Origin: an uncultured virus (IMG/VR IMGVR_UViG_3300005326_000001)
Lineage: Duplodnaviria; Heunggongvirae; Uroviricota; Caudoviricetes
Strand: one strand, 5' to 3'
Virus record (IMG/VR): IMGVR_UViG_3300005326_000001
Length of the DNA stretch: 64,000 nt
Under the pieces are notes generated by a model that searched no databases, was not told where the DNA came from, and saw only the letters and a list, made by a program, of their open reading frames with translations. Of this stretch, positions 1-9,397 are shown in pieces (the first letter of the stretch is position 1; each line of letters opens with the position of its first letter). The position numbers and the translations under genes are program-made.

Positions 1-89
1 ATGAACAAATTTTTTCATAGATACGTAAAAAAGATTTTACTACTGCTTACATTCGAATTATGTTATCGGCAGCTAAACAAACCAAGAAT

Positions 90-105
90 TGTTTCACGTG
101 AAACA
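90..105. promoter_or_regulatory. parS: parS site 1 (perfect palindrome TGTTTCACGTGAAACA), followed by an extra half-site GTGAAACA
   Basis: Exact match to the widespread chromosomal parS consensus; intergenic. Confidence 0.85.
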
Positions 106-139
106 TTCTGTGAAACATATTCATTTCGGGGAGGAATAA

Positions 140-304
140 ATGACTAAGAGTTTTAAGGACAGGCAGTGCCCACAATGTAAATCACCATTGGAACATGACG
201 AGTTTATGAACATGTGGTATTGCCTTGAATGCACCTATGAGGAAAAGGACAGGCACACAAAACCGAAACACAAACCAAGGCGAGAAAAGGGGACATTGGA
301 ATGA
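140..304 (+). CDS. Small zinc-ribbon protein (54 aa, not in ORF track)
   Basis: GGAGG RBS; MTKSFKDRQCPQCK...WYCLEC; stop overlaps the next start. Confidence 0.65.
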   Translation: MTKSFKDRQCPQCKSPLEHDEFMNMWYCLECTYEEKDRHTKPKHKPRREKGTLE

Positions 305-864
305 GCGTAGTAATTGGCTATAAACAAAATGGGCGTGTATGGATGGGGGCAGACTCACAAACAACTGCATCTGGATGCAAGGTGACATCAACATCACACA
401 AGCTATTCATGTTAAATTCAGAACCATTAAATGTCCTTATTGGAGTTTCAGGTTCGCTAAGAACAAGTAACATTCTATTCTATTCATTCAAGCCACCAAA
501 CCGAGACCCAGACACATCTGGCGACATATACATAAACACAATATTTATAGACGCAATAAAAGACCTGTGCAAACAAAATGACTTTGCGTCACTAAAAGAT
601 GGCGCTTCAAGGGTTGGAGACGAATCACAGTTGTTGATAGGATACGATGGAAATCTATATATAGTAGAAGAAGATTTTGTTGTGTATTCTGCGGTAGATA
701 ATTATATGGCTATTGGTTCTGGTGAGGACTTTGCAAGCGGAGCTATGTATGCAATGGAGAGCATCAACACAAGCATGCCAAGGGCAATGATTGAAACTGC
801 TCTCGGCGCAGCGTGCAAGCACTCGCTTTATTGTGGCGAACCATACAAAATTCTATCAATATAG
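301..864 (+). CDS. Proteasome beta-subunit/HslV-like Ntn hydrolase
   Basis: N-terminal (M)SVVIG...MGADSQ, conserved K, AIGSG motif. Confidence 0.8.
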   Translation: MSVVIGYKQNGRVWMGADSQTTASGCKVTSTSHKLFMLNSEPLNVLIGVSGSLRTSNILFYSFKPPNRDPDTSGDIYINTIFIDAIKDLCKQNDFASLKDGASRVGDESQLLIGYDGNLYIVEEDFVVYSAVDNYMAIGSGEDFASGAMYAMESINTSMPRAMIETALGAACKHSLYCGEPYKILSI

Positions 865-939
865 AAAGGGACATTGGAATGAGTTATTCTTTTTTGTTAC
901 AAGCAGAACAAACTAATTTGGCAATGAGGGTTTAATAAT

Positions 940-1512
940 ATGCCAAGAAAAAAATCACCAGATGCAGAACGACATCCAATTAGCAAGTCGGTTAGATTTG
1001 AAGTCTTTAAGAGAGATGGATTTGCCTGTGTGTACTGTGGAAAAACACCACCAGATGTAGTTCTGGAAATTGATCATATTGAACCTGTATATAACGGCGG
1101 AACAAACGACATAAACAACCTTGTAACCGCATGTTTTGACTGCAATCGCGGCAAGGGGCATGTTGGTCTTGAGATAATACCGTCAAAACTGGTGGATAAT
1201 TTAGAGGTATTGAAGGCACAAAAAGAACAAATGAAGGAATACAATAAACATGTAACTGCACTCGAAAAAGAACTTCAAAAATCTATGAACATAATAGCCA
1301 GAATGTATACCTCTTATTTCCCAGAATATACTTTTAGCGATAACTTCAGAAATGTTAGCCTAAAAGGGTTTGTGAAGGCATTGCCATTAAACGAGGTGGC
1401 TGAGGCGATAGAAATAGCTTGCACAAAAACCAAACATTCCGAGGGGTCTATAAAATATTTCTGCGGTATTTGTTGGAAAAAAATAAGAAACAAAGAGGCG
1501 GGTAATCACTAA
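940..1512 (+). CDS. HNH endonuclease with C-terminal helical domain
   Basis: RFEVFKRDGFACVYCG...EIDHIEP...GG.N...NLVTACFDCNRGK. Confidence 0.9.
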   Translation: MPRKKSPDAERHPISKSVRFEVFKRDGFACVYCGKTPPDVVLEIDHIEPVYNGGTNDINNLVTACFDCNRGKGHVGLEIIPSKLVDNLEVLKAQKEQMKEYNKHVTALEKELQKSMNIIARMYTSYFPEYTFSDNFRNVSLKGFVKALPLNEVAEAIEIACTKTKHSEGSIKYFCGICWKKIRNKEAGNH

Positions 1513-2456
1513 TGGCAGAAGGTAAAACACCCCCAATAGAAGGTGGTTATTTTTTGGTAGCAAAGTTAATATTTGAGTCGCCTTTATGGATGGACGACCC
1601 TCATCTCCTAAAGCTATTTCTGTGGCTTATAGGAAAGGCTAACTATAGCAAAACACCAAAGAAATATCCGTTTGTTACTATAAGCAGAGGTGAACTTGTA
1701 ACAAGCCTAGAAAGGATAGCAGATGGTAATGAGTATTCCGAAAATAACACAGTAAAAAGATGGTCAAAATCAAAAACCACAAGACTTCTTGAAAAACTTA
1801 AGGAGCAAGAATACATAAAGCTAACTTGTGACACCTACGGAACGCACATAACTATATGTAACTACGAGCGTTATCAAAACCACAAACTATATGCTTGTTA
1901 CGAAGACGAAACACCAATGGACGCAAGTGAAACAACTTGGAACGCAGTTGATGAGCAGGTGGGCATAATAAATGAAGGTAATGAAAGTATAGTAATACCC
2001 CCTATAGTCCCCCAAATCACAGAGGAGCGCGGTGATGTTTCATCACCTATTGGGGGGGTTAGTCAGGAGGTCTACGAGAACTTGATTTTTACGAACGATG
2101 AACTCACGCAAAAAATAGCCTGTCTCGAAAAAGCATTGAAAGAAAAAAAGAAACGTGACAAGACCCCCATGTCAGAAGAATTTCTGAATTTCTATCAGGC
2201 TTACCCGAAACAGGTTGCCCGTGGGGCAGCATGGAAGGCGTGGTGTGGCAAGGAGCACATGTTGCCGGATATTGATACTCTATTGGGAATACTTGACGTA
2301 CATAAAGATTCACATGAATGGCAAAAAGAAAACGGAAAATACATCCCCTCGCCAGCAAAATGGATCAAAGATGAGCATTTTTTGGATGTGTTGTCTATAC
2401 ATAACCACAATTCAGAGCGCCACATTTCTCCTTTAGAAAAAGGGTTGATAATTTGA
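1512..2456 (+). CDS. Phage replication initiator protein
   Basis: N-terminal wHTH-like region, IPPIVP linker, C-terminal FxxFYxAYPK...KYIPSPAKWI; upstream of dnaB. Confidence 0.8.
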   Translation: MAEGKTPPIEGGYFLVAKLIFESPLWMDDPHLLKLFLWLIGKANYSKTPKKYPFVTISRGELVTSLERIADGNEYSENNTVKRWSKSKTTRLLEKLKEQEYIKLTCDTYGTHITICNYERYQNHKLYACYEDETPMDASETTWNAVDEQVGIINEGNESIVIPPIVPQITEERGDVSSPIGGVSQEVYENLIFTNDELTQKIACLEKALKEKKKRDKTPMSEEFLNFYQAYPKQVARGAAWKAWCGKEHMLPDIDTLLGILDVHKDSHEWQKENGKYIPSPAKWIKDEHFLDVLSIHNHNSERHISPLEKGLII

Positions 2457-3814
2457 AAGAACTAACAATGGACAATCTCGTATCTCCCGATGTTGAAAGG
2501 GCTATTCTTGGCGCAATGCTTATAGACCAAGATGCAATAGGCGAGGTTCTTGAAAATAAGGTGAATGAAAATTACTTCTATGAACCAGCACATGCGGCAA
2601 TATTCAAAGCGATAAAATCGCTCTATATGGAAGATAGTCCGGTAGACTGTTTGTTGGTGGCGGAGAAATTGCGCAGAAATAAGATGCTGGAACTGGTAGG
2701 TGGTGAAGTGACGATTGGCGGTCTTATTAATGACGTCACAACTTCCGCAAACGTGAAGGGACACGCCAAGATACTGGCTGATAAATTACTTAAGCGCAGG
2801 ATTACATCAATAAGCACGATAGCAAGAAACAACGCAGAGTCAACATTGGATGGACAGGAGGTATTGGAAGCTCTCGAAGGAGAGATTATTAAACTTCAGG
2901 AAGAAAGACCATCCAACAGTATGGTGAAAATATGCGATTCCATTGGGGATGCAGTAAAACATCTTGCCAATCTCGCCAATACAGTGGGATTTGTGAGTGG
3001 TGTAGAAACTGGATTTTCAAAGATAAACAAGTATACGGGTGGATGGCAAAAAGGCAATATGATAGTGGTTGCGGGCAGACCAGCACAGGGCAAATCTGCG
3101 GTGGCAGTTGCACTCGCTGTGAACGCAGCTAAGGCTGGCGTGGGCGTTGCATTTTTTAGTTTAGAAATGTCAATACTTGAACTTGACAACAGGATGATAG
3201 CGCTCGAATCTGGGTTTGATATTGCGTCATTGCACTATAAAAAACCAGAAACGAAAGATTGGAAGATAATATCAGATGTTGCCGCAAAACTTCACAATCT
3301 GCCAATATGGAAAGATGATACTCCTGGGATGACCATAGGAGAGTTGTCCGCAAGAGCAAAGAGGCTAAAAAAACAAGAGGACATAGGGCTAATTATTGTC
3401 GATTACTTACAATTAATGAATGGCAACGGAGAATCAAGACAACAGGAAATCTCGACCATAACAAGAGGTTTAAAAACGCTTGCGAAGAGTCTGAAAATTC
3501 CCATTGTGGCACTGAGCCAATTAAACAGGAAGTTGGAGGACGAAAAGAGGGAACCGGAACTTTCGGACTTGCGTGAGTCTGGATCGATAGAACAGGACGC
3601 TGACATAGTAATATTTGTACATAACCCAAATTACCAGAATTTTGAACACAAAGACTTGGCGCATTATGATTTTCCCGACTTGCCATCGTGGGCTATAAGA
3701 AAACTGATTATAAAGAAAAATAGACATGGTTCGGTTGGGAACGTGTATGTGAGGAAAAATTCTAATGGAAGCATAACAAACATAAACTACTACAAAAAAG
3801 GAGAAAACGAATGA
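2453..3814 (+). CDS. dnaB: Replicative DNA helicase
   Basis: ERAILGAML, AGRPAQGKS, FSLEM, IIVDYLQL, LSQLNR, DLRESGSIEQDAD. Confidence 0.97.
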   Translation: MKELTMDNLVSPDVERAILGAMLIDQDAIGEVLENKVNENYFYEPAHAAIFKAIKSLYMEDSPVDCLLVAEKLRRNKMLELVGGEVTIGGLINDVTTSANVKGHAKILADKLLKRRITSISTIARNNAESTLDGQEVLEALEGEIIKLQEERPSNSMVKICDSIGDAVKHLANLANTVGFVSGVETGFSKINKYTGGWQKGNMIVVAGRPAQGKSAVAVALAVNAAKAGVGVAFFSLEMSILELDNRMIALESGFDIASLHYKKPETKDWKIISDVAAKLHNLPIWKDDTPGMTIGELSARAKRLKKQEDIGLIIVDYLQLMNGNGESRQQEISTITRGLKTLAKSLKIPIVALSQLNRKLEDEKREPELSDLRESGSIEQDADIVIFVHNPNYQNFEHKDLAHYDFPDLPSWAIRKLIIKKNRHGSVGNVYVRKNSNGSITNINYYKKGENE

Positions 3815-4524
3815 AGAACAATGTTGTTGGTGCTTTAGTTATTATCGCCCTCGGTGCGGTTCTTACCGCAGGTATACTGGTGGTTCGGAGTAATAACCTT
3901 GAGGTGAAGGTAGCCGACCTCCAGAAGGAACTGGCGGTGGCAAAATCCCAGAAACCAGAGACTATCATTGTCACAGACACGAAGGTGACAACCAAGTACA
4001 GGGACGGCAAAGTGGTCGTACAGGAGAAAGTACCAGAAGGCTACGTCCAGTTTGATATGGCTAAATACGAGTCCCTGATGGACGAAATGGCTAACCTTGA
4101 ACTGTCTATTGAGACGGTTAAATCAGACCTTGCCAGTGCCGAAGCGGATACCGTGAGTAAGGCAAAAGAGATTGAGGTGTACAGGACACAGCTTAAAAAA
4201 CTTAAAGGTGACTGGGCTGATTTATATATCCAGATAAATAAACCCACGTTCGTGACCGTACAGAACAAGGGGTGGTGTTTTAGACCAATGATAGGCGTGG
4301 GTTATTCGGGCAAACCAGTTCCCTATGTGGGGGTTAAATACGCCTTCTGGCATAAGATTGGGTTTACGGTAGGGTCTACCTCGGAACAGGCGGGAATAGG
4401 CATAACCAGACGCATGTTTGACGTGGTACCCGTGTTGCGGAATACCGAGTTAATGCTGAATTATGGAGTGCCCTACGAAAAGGGCGGGAGTACGATTTTT
4501 CTGGGATTAGGGATAGGAATATGA
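3811..4524 (+). CDS. Membrane-anchored coiled-coil protein, possibly spanin-like
   Basis: N-terminal TM helix, coiled coil, C-terminal amphipathic beta strands. Confidence 0.45.
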   Translation: MKNNVVGALVIIALGAVLTAGILVVRSNNLEVKVADLQKELAVAKSQKPETIIVTDTKVTTKYRDGKVVVQEKVPEGYVQFDMAKYESLMDEMANLELSIETVKSDLASAEADTVSKAKEIEVYRTQLKKLKGDWADLYIQINKPTFVTVQNKGWCFRPMIGVGYSGKPVPYVGVKYAFWHKIGFTVGSTSEQAGIGITRRMFDVVPVLRNTELMLNYGVPYEKGGSTIFLGLGIGI

Positions 4525-5667
4525 ATGCTTAGAATCGGCTCATTGTTTTCAGGAATAGGCGGCTTAGAACTCGGTTTAGAATGGTCGGGACTTGGCAAGA
4601 CAGTTTGGCAAGTCGAACGTGATGATTATTGTTTAAAAGTATTGGCTAAACACTGGCCGGAAGTCAGGAGATATACAGATGTCAGAGAAGTTCATGGGAA
4701 TGTTACCCACACCGAGCAGTCGGGACTGGAAAGGGGGAAGCGGAACGGTTCAAGAGAAAGATGGGAAATATTACAGGGAGAGCAACACAACGGGAACGAA
4801 ATGGGGGGTGAGATTGGATGCACTTGTGGAACATCTCGAAAAGGACAGCCCGAAAGAGAAGCCTGTCCCTCCTGTCTCGAACCAGTTGACCTTATTTGCG
4901 GAGGGTTCCCATGTCAGCCCTTTTCTCTTGCCGGGAAGCGAAAGGGTAAGGAAGATGACCGTCACCTCTGGCCTGAATATCTCCGAATCGTTAGGGAATT
5001 ACGTCCCTCTTTTGTCATTGGTGAAAATGTTCCTGGCATCATCAATATGGAACTCGACACGGTGCTTTCTGACTTGGAAAGTGAAGGCTACGAAGCAATC
5101 ACGTTTATTATTCCAGCTTGCGGTGTCGATGCCCCGCACAAAAGGGATAGGGTGTTCGTTTTGGCGCACACCAGAAACAATCAAGGGTGGGACGGTCAGC
5201 GAGGGAGTTTTGGAGGAAATGGCACAGGGGAGCTGGACAAGGGACAGTGGTCAACAGAGACAATTAAGGTTACAGGATCAAGTGAGACATCAGGGTTTAT
5301 ACCCAACTCCCTCAACACAAGAAATAGAACATCCGAATATGAACCTGACGGAAGCAGGCAGGAGAATACCAGTAAAAGGACAGACTACTCACAGCCTGAA
5401 TCTGGCGGACACAGTAAAGATGTGGCCGACACCAAGGGAAGCGATTTCGAGAGGCAATGCCATGAGGGACAGGGGCAAGGGGAATCTGGAGGATGTGGTT
5501 GCAGAAAGAACACAGAACCTGCAATCTGGACAACTGAACCCGAATTGGGTCGAGTGGCTAATGGGATTCCCAGTAGGATGGACAGACTTAAATGCTTAGG
5601 CAATGCAGTTGTTCCGCAAGTTTCAATGGCAATCGGAATGATTCTGAAACAATGGCTTAGAAAGTAA
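4525..5667 (+). CDS. DNA (cytosine-5)-methyltransferase, large polypeptide
   Basis: SLFSGIGG (motif I), GGFPCQPFS (IV), ENVPG (VI), HKRDRVF (VIII), LGNAVVP (X); motif IX not seen in this frame. Confidence 0.93.
   Translation: MLRIGSLFSGIGGLELGLEWSGLGKTVWQVERDDYCLKVLAKHWPEVRRYTDVREVHGNVTHTEQSGLERGKRNGSRERWEILQGEQHNGNEMGGEIGCTCGTSRKGQPEREACPSCLEPVDLICGGFPCQPFSLAGKRKGKEDDRHLWPEYLRIVRELRPSFVIGENVPGIINMELDTVLSDLESEGYEAITFIIPACGVDAPHKRDRVFVLAHTRNNQGWDGQRGSFGGNGTGELDKGQWSTETIKVTGSSETSGFIPNSLNTRNRTSEYEPDGSRQENTSKRTDYSQPESGGHSKDVADTKGSDFERQCHEGQGQGESGGCGCRKNTEPAIWTTEPELGRVANGIPSRMDRLKCLGNAVVPQVSMAIGMILKQWLRK
4679..5599 (+). CDS. Overlapping alternate-frame methyltransferase subunit (TRD-like repeats plus motif IX)
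   Basis: 306 aa nested in the MTase gene; four xPTP/xRTP repeats; ends LNPNWVEWLMGFPVGWTD. Confidence 0.75.
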   Translation: MSEKFMGMLPTPSSRDWKGGSGTVQEKDGKYYRESNTTGTKWGVRLDALVEHLEKDSPKEKPVPPVSNQLTLFAEGSHVSPFLLPGSERVRKMTVTSGLNISESLGNYVPLLSLVKMFLASSIWNSTRCFLTWKVKATKQSRLLFQLAVSMPRTKGIGCSFWRTPETIKGGTVSEGVLEEMAQGSWTRDSGQQRQLRLQDQVRHQGLYPTPSTQEIEHPNMNLTEAGRRIPVKGQTTHSLNLADTVKMWPTPREAISRGNAMRDRGKGNLEDVVAERTQNLQSGQLNPNWVEWLMGFPVGWTDLNA

Positions 5668-5692
5668 CGATTTTTTAGGAGGAGGAGGTACC

Positions 5693-6145
5693 TTGCTTTA
5701 TTTTGCTTCACATAAACAGTCGTCTCTCTGGGGTAACGGTCGTGTTTCCAGCCTTTCCCCAGCTATAACCGACTTCCATGTCCACCCGATATTCGCACCT
5801 TCTCAGGTTCTCGATAACAAGTATTTCACCCGCAATGCAGGGTGGAGGGAATACGATACCCAGTACGAGGCACACGTAAAGGCACAACTGGCGGAGTACG
5901 GGTTCTCTGATAGCTGGATAGCTAATTTTATATGGGGCAGACTCGGAGAAGAGGTGGTTCTAAGGGACTTATGTCTTTTTTACGGGGATACGTTTATCTC
6001 AAGGGAAGGAGGCACCAGAAGGTCTGTAAGGGACGTTATGTGCTACTGGTTTACGATCAACGGATGCAAAGTATGCAAGGATGGGCTTGAAAAAAACAAC
6101 GATAGCGAAGAAAGCGAGGAAGAAGGGGAGGAAGAAGAAATTTGA
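5693..6145 (+). CDS. Hypothetical protein
   Basis: Strong GGAGG RBS before a TTG start; acidic tail. Confidence 0.55.
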   Translation: MLYFASHKQSSLWGNGRVSSLSPAITDFHVHPIFAPSQVLDNKYFTRNAGWREYDTQYEAHVKAQLAEYGFSDSWIANFIWGRLGEEVVLRDLCLFYGDTFISREGGTRRSVRDVMCYWFTINGCKVCKDGLEKNNDSEESEEEGEEEEI

Positions 6146-6493
6146 CCTGTCGCCCTGTTGACAGATTTCCATTTCAAGTTATTTTAGTAGCACAAATTGC
6201 GTAGCACAACTGTGAAGCACACACAAAGGAGGGTCGCATTGGCGGTCAGCAAGGTTTTTGATGAATTAGTTGACAGTGACGAAGCACCCCAACGGAAAGA
6301 AAGAAAATATTCACCAAGATGTGGGCAAAACTCGGTCGCGAGTTTTATGGTGACGGTATGGAGATGCATCTGTTCGCGGATAAATACGAAAGAGTCCATA
6401 TGTTTGCTGTCACCTGGGATGACTTGCCTCAGCATGTGGTGGATGCCATTGACAAAATGATTGACATGAAATGTTCGAATTAGGAGGGATGTT

Positions 6494-6934
6494 ATGAATG
6501 CTTGGGTTATTGTTTTGACATTTTTATTCTTTACGGGAAACTATGCGAAAAACACAAAGATTGAGAAACTTGAAGAAAAAATTGACTCCGTTGAAAGTAA
6601 GGTGGATTCATTGAAAAATGTTGGTTCTATTCGGTGGGGCACTGCTCCAATGCCTCACAATCTATTGCCAGATACCATTAGACCTATCCCTATGCCAGTT
6701 TATCCTTTGCCAGACAACATAAGACCTATACCAATGCCAACTTACCCAATGCAAGACGTAACGCCAGATTCAATAAAAATTATGCTATACGGCAAATGTC
6801 CAAAGTGCGGCGGTGTTATGGACTGGTATCAAATACCCTGCCCAGACAATAGACCCGGATGTCTTGTTTTGCATGGAAAACCATATTGTCAAAAATGCGA
6901 TGGTCTTCCATGGAGTAGAGTGATTATACATTAA
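6494..6934 (+). CDS. Exported/membrane protein with Pro-rich repeat and C-terminal Cys cluster
   Basis: Hydrophobic N-terminus, PD(T/N)IRPIPMPxYP twice, CPKC...CQKC. Confidence 0.65.
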   Translation: MNAWVIVLTFLFFTGNYAKNTKIEKLEEKIDSVESKVDSLKNVGSIRWGTAPMPHNLLPDTIRPIPMPVYPLPDNIRPIPMPTYPMQDVTPDSIKIMLYGKCPKCGGVMDWYQIPCPDNRPGCLVLHGKPYCQKCDGLPWSRVIIH

Positions 6935-6958
6935 TTAACCAAAAAAAGGAGAGTCGGT

Positions 6959-7324
6959 ATGAAAAAGTTCTTTAGTTCTTTAGTCGGTAAAGTCACCGCT
7001 ACAGTTGGTCTCGGTGCCGCTATTTCTGGTGTCCTTGTAGCCCTGCTTACTGGTGCCACAGGAGACGACCTGTACGCCAAGATAGTCACAGTTATACTTC
7101 TCGCTGGCGGTACGATTATCCCCGCCCTGATACAGCTTGCCATAGCCTTCTCCAGGGCACTCAAGTCCTCTGACGAAGCCCTTGACGAGGTTATTCTGGC
7201 GGTCGAGGACAAGGCGATTACCCCAGAGGAATGTGAAAAAATAGCCAAGGAAGCCAAGGAAGCGAAACAGGACTGGAAAGATGTTGTCGAAGCTGCAAAA
7301 GCACTGTTTAAGAGGAACAAATAA
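6959..7324 (+). CDS. Holin-like two-TM protein
   Basis: Two hydrophobic helices, charged C-terminus, upstream of endolysin. Confidence 0.55.
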   Translation: MKKFFSSLVGKVTATVGLGAAISGVLVALLTGATGDDLYAKIVTVILLAGGTIIPALIQLAIAFSRALKSSDEALDEVILAVEDKAITPEECEKIAKEAKEAKQDWKDVVEAAKALFKRNK

Positions 7325-7326
7325 TT

Positions 7327-7479
7327 ATGCCTATGCCAAAACCCACAAGGGGAGAATCCTACAAAGAGTTTACAGACAGGTTTATGTCTGACAAGAATAT
7401 GGTCAAGGAATATCCCAAAACAGACCAGAGATATGCGGTATGTATGTCACAATGGAAGAATAAAAAGAAGGACAAGTAA
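7327..7479 (+). CDS. Small phage protein (50 aa, not in ORF track)
   Basis: MPMPKPTRGESYKEFTDRFMSD...EYP...QRYAVC; stop overlaps the endolysin start. Confidence 0.7.
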   Translation: MPMPKPTRGESYKEFTDRFMSDKNMVKEYPKTDQRYAVCMSQWKNKKKDK

Positions 7480-7880
7480 TGGCGGATTTCAAACCGAACA
7501 AGAAAGTAACCGAGCACTTTACATACAATGACTTTAAGTGTCCATGTTGTGATTTACTCAAACTGTCTGGTAGGTTTTATCTTCATGTGGAAAAACTTGA
7601 GGTGATTAGGCAAAAGTATGATAAGAAATTAATTATCAATAGTGGTTATCGTTGCTCCAACCATAACAAGCGTGTCGGTGGAGTCGCAGATAGTCAACAT
7701 TTAATTTTTGCTACTGATTTTAGACCCTTAGGAATCTACACAATGGAAGATTTGGATTTGCTTGCGAACTTAGCAGAGGAAGAGGGTTTTGCTGGTATAG
7801 GAAGGTACAATACATTCAATCATATTGATTTAAGGCAACAGCCCGCAGCGTGGGACAATAGGACTCATAAAGAGGCATAA
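7479..7880 (+). CDS. Peptidase M15A (Zn D-Ala-D-Ala peptidase fold), probable endolysin
   Basis: HF..DF.C.CC, INSGYRC..HN..VGG...SQH...ATD, H.D.R. Confidence 0.9.
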   Translation: MADFKPNKKVTEHFTYNDFKCPCCDLLKLSGRFYLHVEKLEVIRQKYDKKLIINSGYRCSNHNKRVGGVADSQHLIFATDFRPLGIYTMEDLDLLANLAEEEGFAGIGRYNTFNHIDLRQQPAAWDNRTHKEA

Positions 7881-7883
7881 TAA

Positions 7884-7964
7884 ATGAAATATCTCGACAT
7901 TATGGGAAGGTCAGAAAACCAAGAGAGATTCGCCAGGGGATGGCTTAATAGGGTGGAGATATGA
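7884..7964 (+). pseudogene. Probable C-terminal remnant of a GH108-type lysozyme
   Basis: 26 codons ending NQERFARGWLNRV. Confidence 0.55.
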
Positions 7965-8007
7965 TAATAAATAGTGTTATCTGGTACTCAACGGAAAGGG
8001 AATAACA

Positions 8008-8358
8008 GTGGATTTAACAGAAAAAATAACTGGCATTGCGAAAGTTTGTCATGAGACCAATAGAGCCTACTGCTCCACAATAGGAGATAATAGCCAATTG
8101 CCATGGGAAGATGCTCCTGAGTGGCAAAGACAGAGTGTTATAAATGGAGTTAGGTTCAAATTAGAGAATCCCGGTGTTTTCCCTGAGGATCAGCATGATG
8201 CATGGGCGAGAGATAAAATCAAAGATGGATGGAAATATGGGCATGTCAAAGATGCCGAGAAAAAAGAACATCCATGCTTAGTTCCTTACAATGAACTTCC
8301 TAGGGGGCAGAAGATAAAAGATTATCTTTTTACTCACATCGTTGATATACTCAGCTAA
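8008..8358 (+). CDS. RyR-domain phage protein
   Basis: IAKVCHE.NRAYC, HDAW...K...GWKYG..KD...K.HPCLVPY.ELP. Confidence 0.85.
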   Translation: MDLTEKITGIAKVCHETNRAYCSTIGDNSQLPWEDAPEWQRQSVINGVRFKLENPGVFPEDQHDAWARDKIKDGWKYGHVKDAEKKEHPCLVPYNELPRGQKIKDYLFTHIVDILS

Positions 8359-8490
8359 CTGGAGAATTAACCACCAGAACAGGTTGGAGATATGAAAACA
8401 AAGGTCTATAACAGGAGATGGCATTGGGGACATGATGCTAATGGCAAGAGAATAAGGGAATAGATATTAAACAATACGATTAGGGGTATA

Positions 8491-8652
8491 ATGGTTCATC
8501 CGATTCGTCACAAGATACGCACAACATACATGACTGGGAAAGCCAAGAGGTTCTGTAAGAAATACGGACGCAGGCAGTTCAGAAAATGGGGCAAGAAATT
8601 ACTGGACGATGCCCCAAAGAAATATCCATATGTAACCGATATGTACTGGTAA
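8491..8652 (+). CDS. Small basic protein (53 aa, not in ORF track)
   Basis: AGGGG RBS; fills the gap between genes. Confidence 0.5.
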   Translation: MVHPIRHKIRTTYMTGKAKRFCKKYGRRQFRKWGKKLLDDAPKKYPYVTDMYW

Positions 8653-8661
8653 AGGAGTCTT

Positions 8662-9126
8662 ATGCCACGCAAATCTGCCCTCTGGTTGTCCCATTCTCTA
8701 ATCTCATTCCCCCATATCGGGCTATGTATATCCGAGGAACAATTCAGGGGTGCGTATAAGAAGCTGAAAATATCACAACGAGAGTACCCAGATTCGTGGA
8801 TACCCGATGGCAAGGATGCCTGTGTATATACAACGGAAGCGTTATCTGCCGATGGCGGAAGCGGGTCAAGGGCAGAAGTGGTCTGCATGAGGGTCAGGAA
8901 AGGCGTTGACCCAGTAGAAGTCGTAGGACTATTAATCCACGAGTCAGTCCATATCTGGCAGAGACATTGTGAGCATATGGGAGAGACAAAACCAAGCAGG
9001 GAATTTGAGGCATATTCGATTCAGTCGATAGCCCAGAGTCTGATTGAGGAATATGAGAAGCTGGCAGAGAAATCAAAAAAGGTGGGGAAAGAAAAGAAAG
9101 CGAGAAAATCCCATGACTGTACGTGA
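8662..9126 (+). CDS. Hypothetical protein with HExxH zinc motif
   Basis: LLIHESVHIWQ...EFEAY. Confidence 0.7.
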   Translation: MPRKSALWLSHSLISFPHIGLCISEEQFRGAYKKLKISQREYPDSWIPDGKDACVYTTEALSADGGSGSRAEVVCMRVRKGVDPVEVVGLLIHESVHIWQRHCEHMGETKPSREFEAYSIQSIAQSLIEEYEKLAEKSKKVGKEKKARKSHDCT

Positions 9127-9397
9127 GTTTATTAAAATGGCAATGGACTTTGAGCAACACAAGGACGACCCCAAAAGCATTATTGGGAGCATACTGGATT
9201 GGGAAATTGTAAAATCATACGAGGAAGACAAGTGGAGAACGCAAGGTGGACTACACATGAATCTTGTGGATGGCACGGTAGAGTTTATGTATGGAGAAAA
9301 AATAACAGTGGCAGATTATAGCGAACTTCCCTCAAGGGGAGGCAATAATAAAACACCAAGTACCAAAGAAATCAGGAAGATATGGAGAGATAAATAA
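9113..9397 (+). CDS. Hypothetical protein (likely start MTVREF)
   Basis: ORF coupled to the upstream gene. Confidence 0.6.
   Translation: MTVREFIKMAMDFEQHKDDPKSIIGSILDWEIVKSYEEDKWRTQGGLHMNLVDGTVEFMYGEKITVADYSELPSRGGNNKTPSTKEIRKIWRDK

Noticed and set aside
1..147. 48-codon ORF from base 1 containing VSRET
   Set aside because: VSRET is just the translated parS palindrome; the region looks regulatory and no RBS is visible
1830..1960. Iterons inside the initiator gene (GGAACGCA/GAAACA words)
   Set aside because: Plausible position, but the repeats are too short and irregular to call an origin
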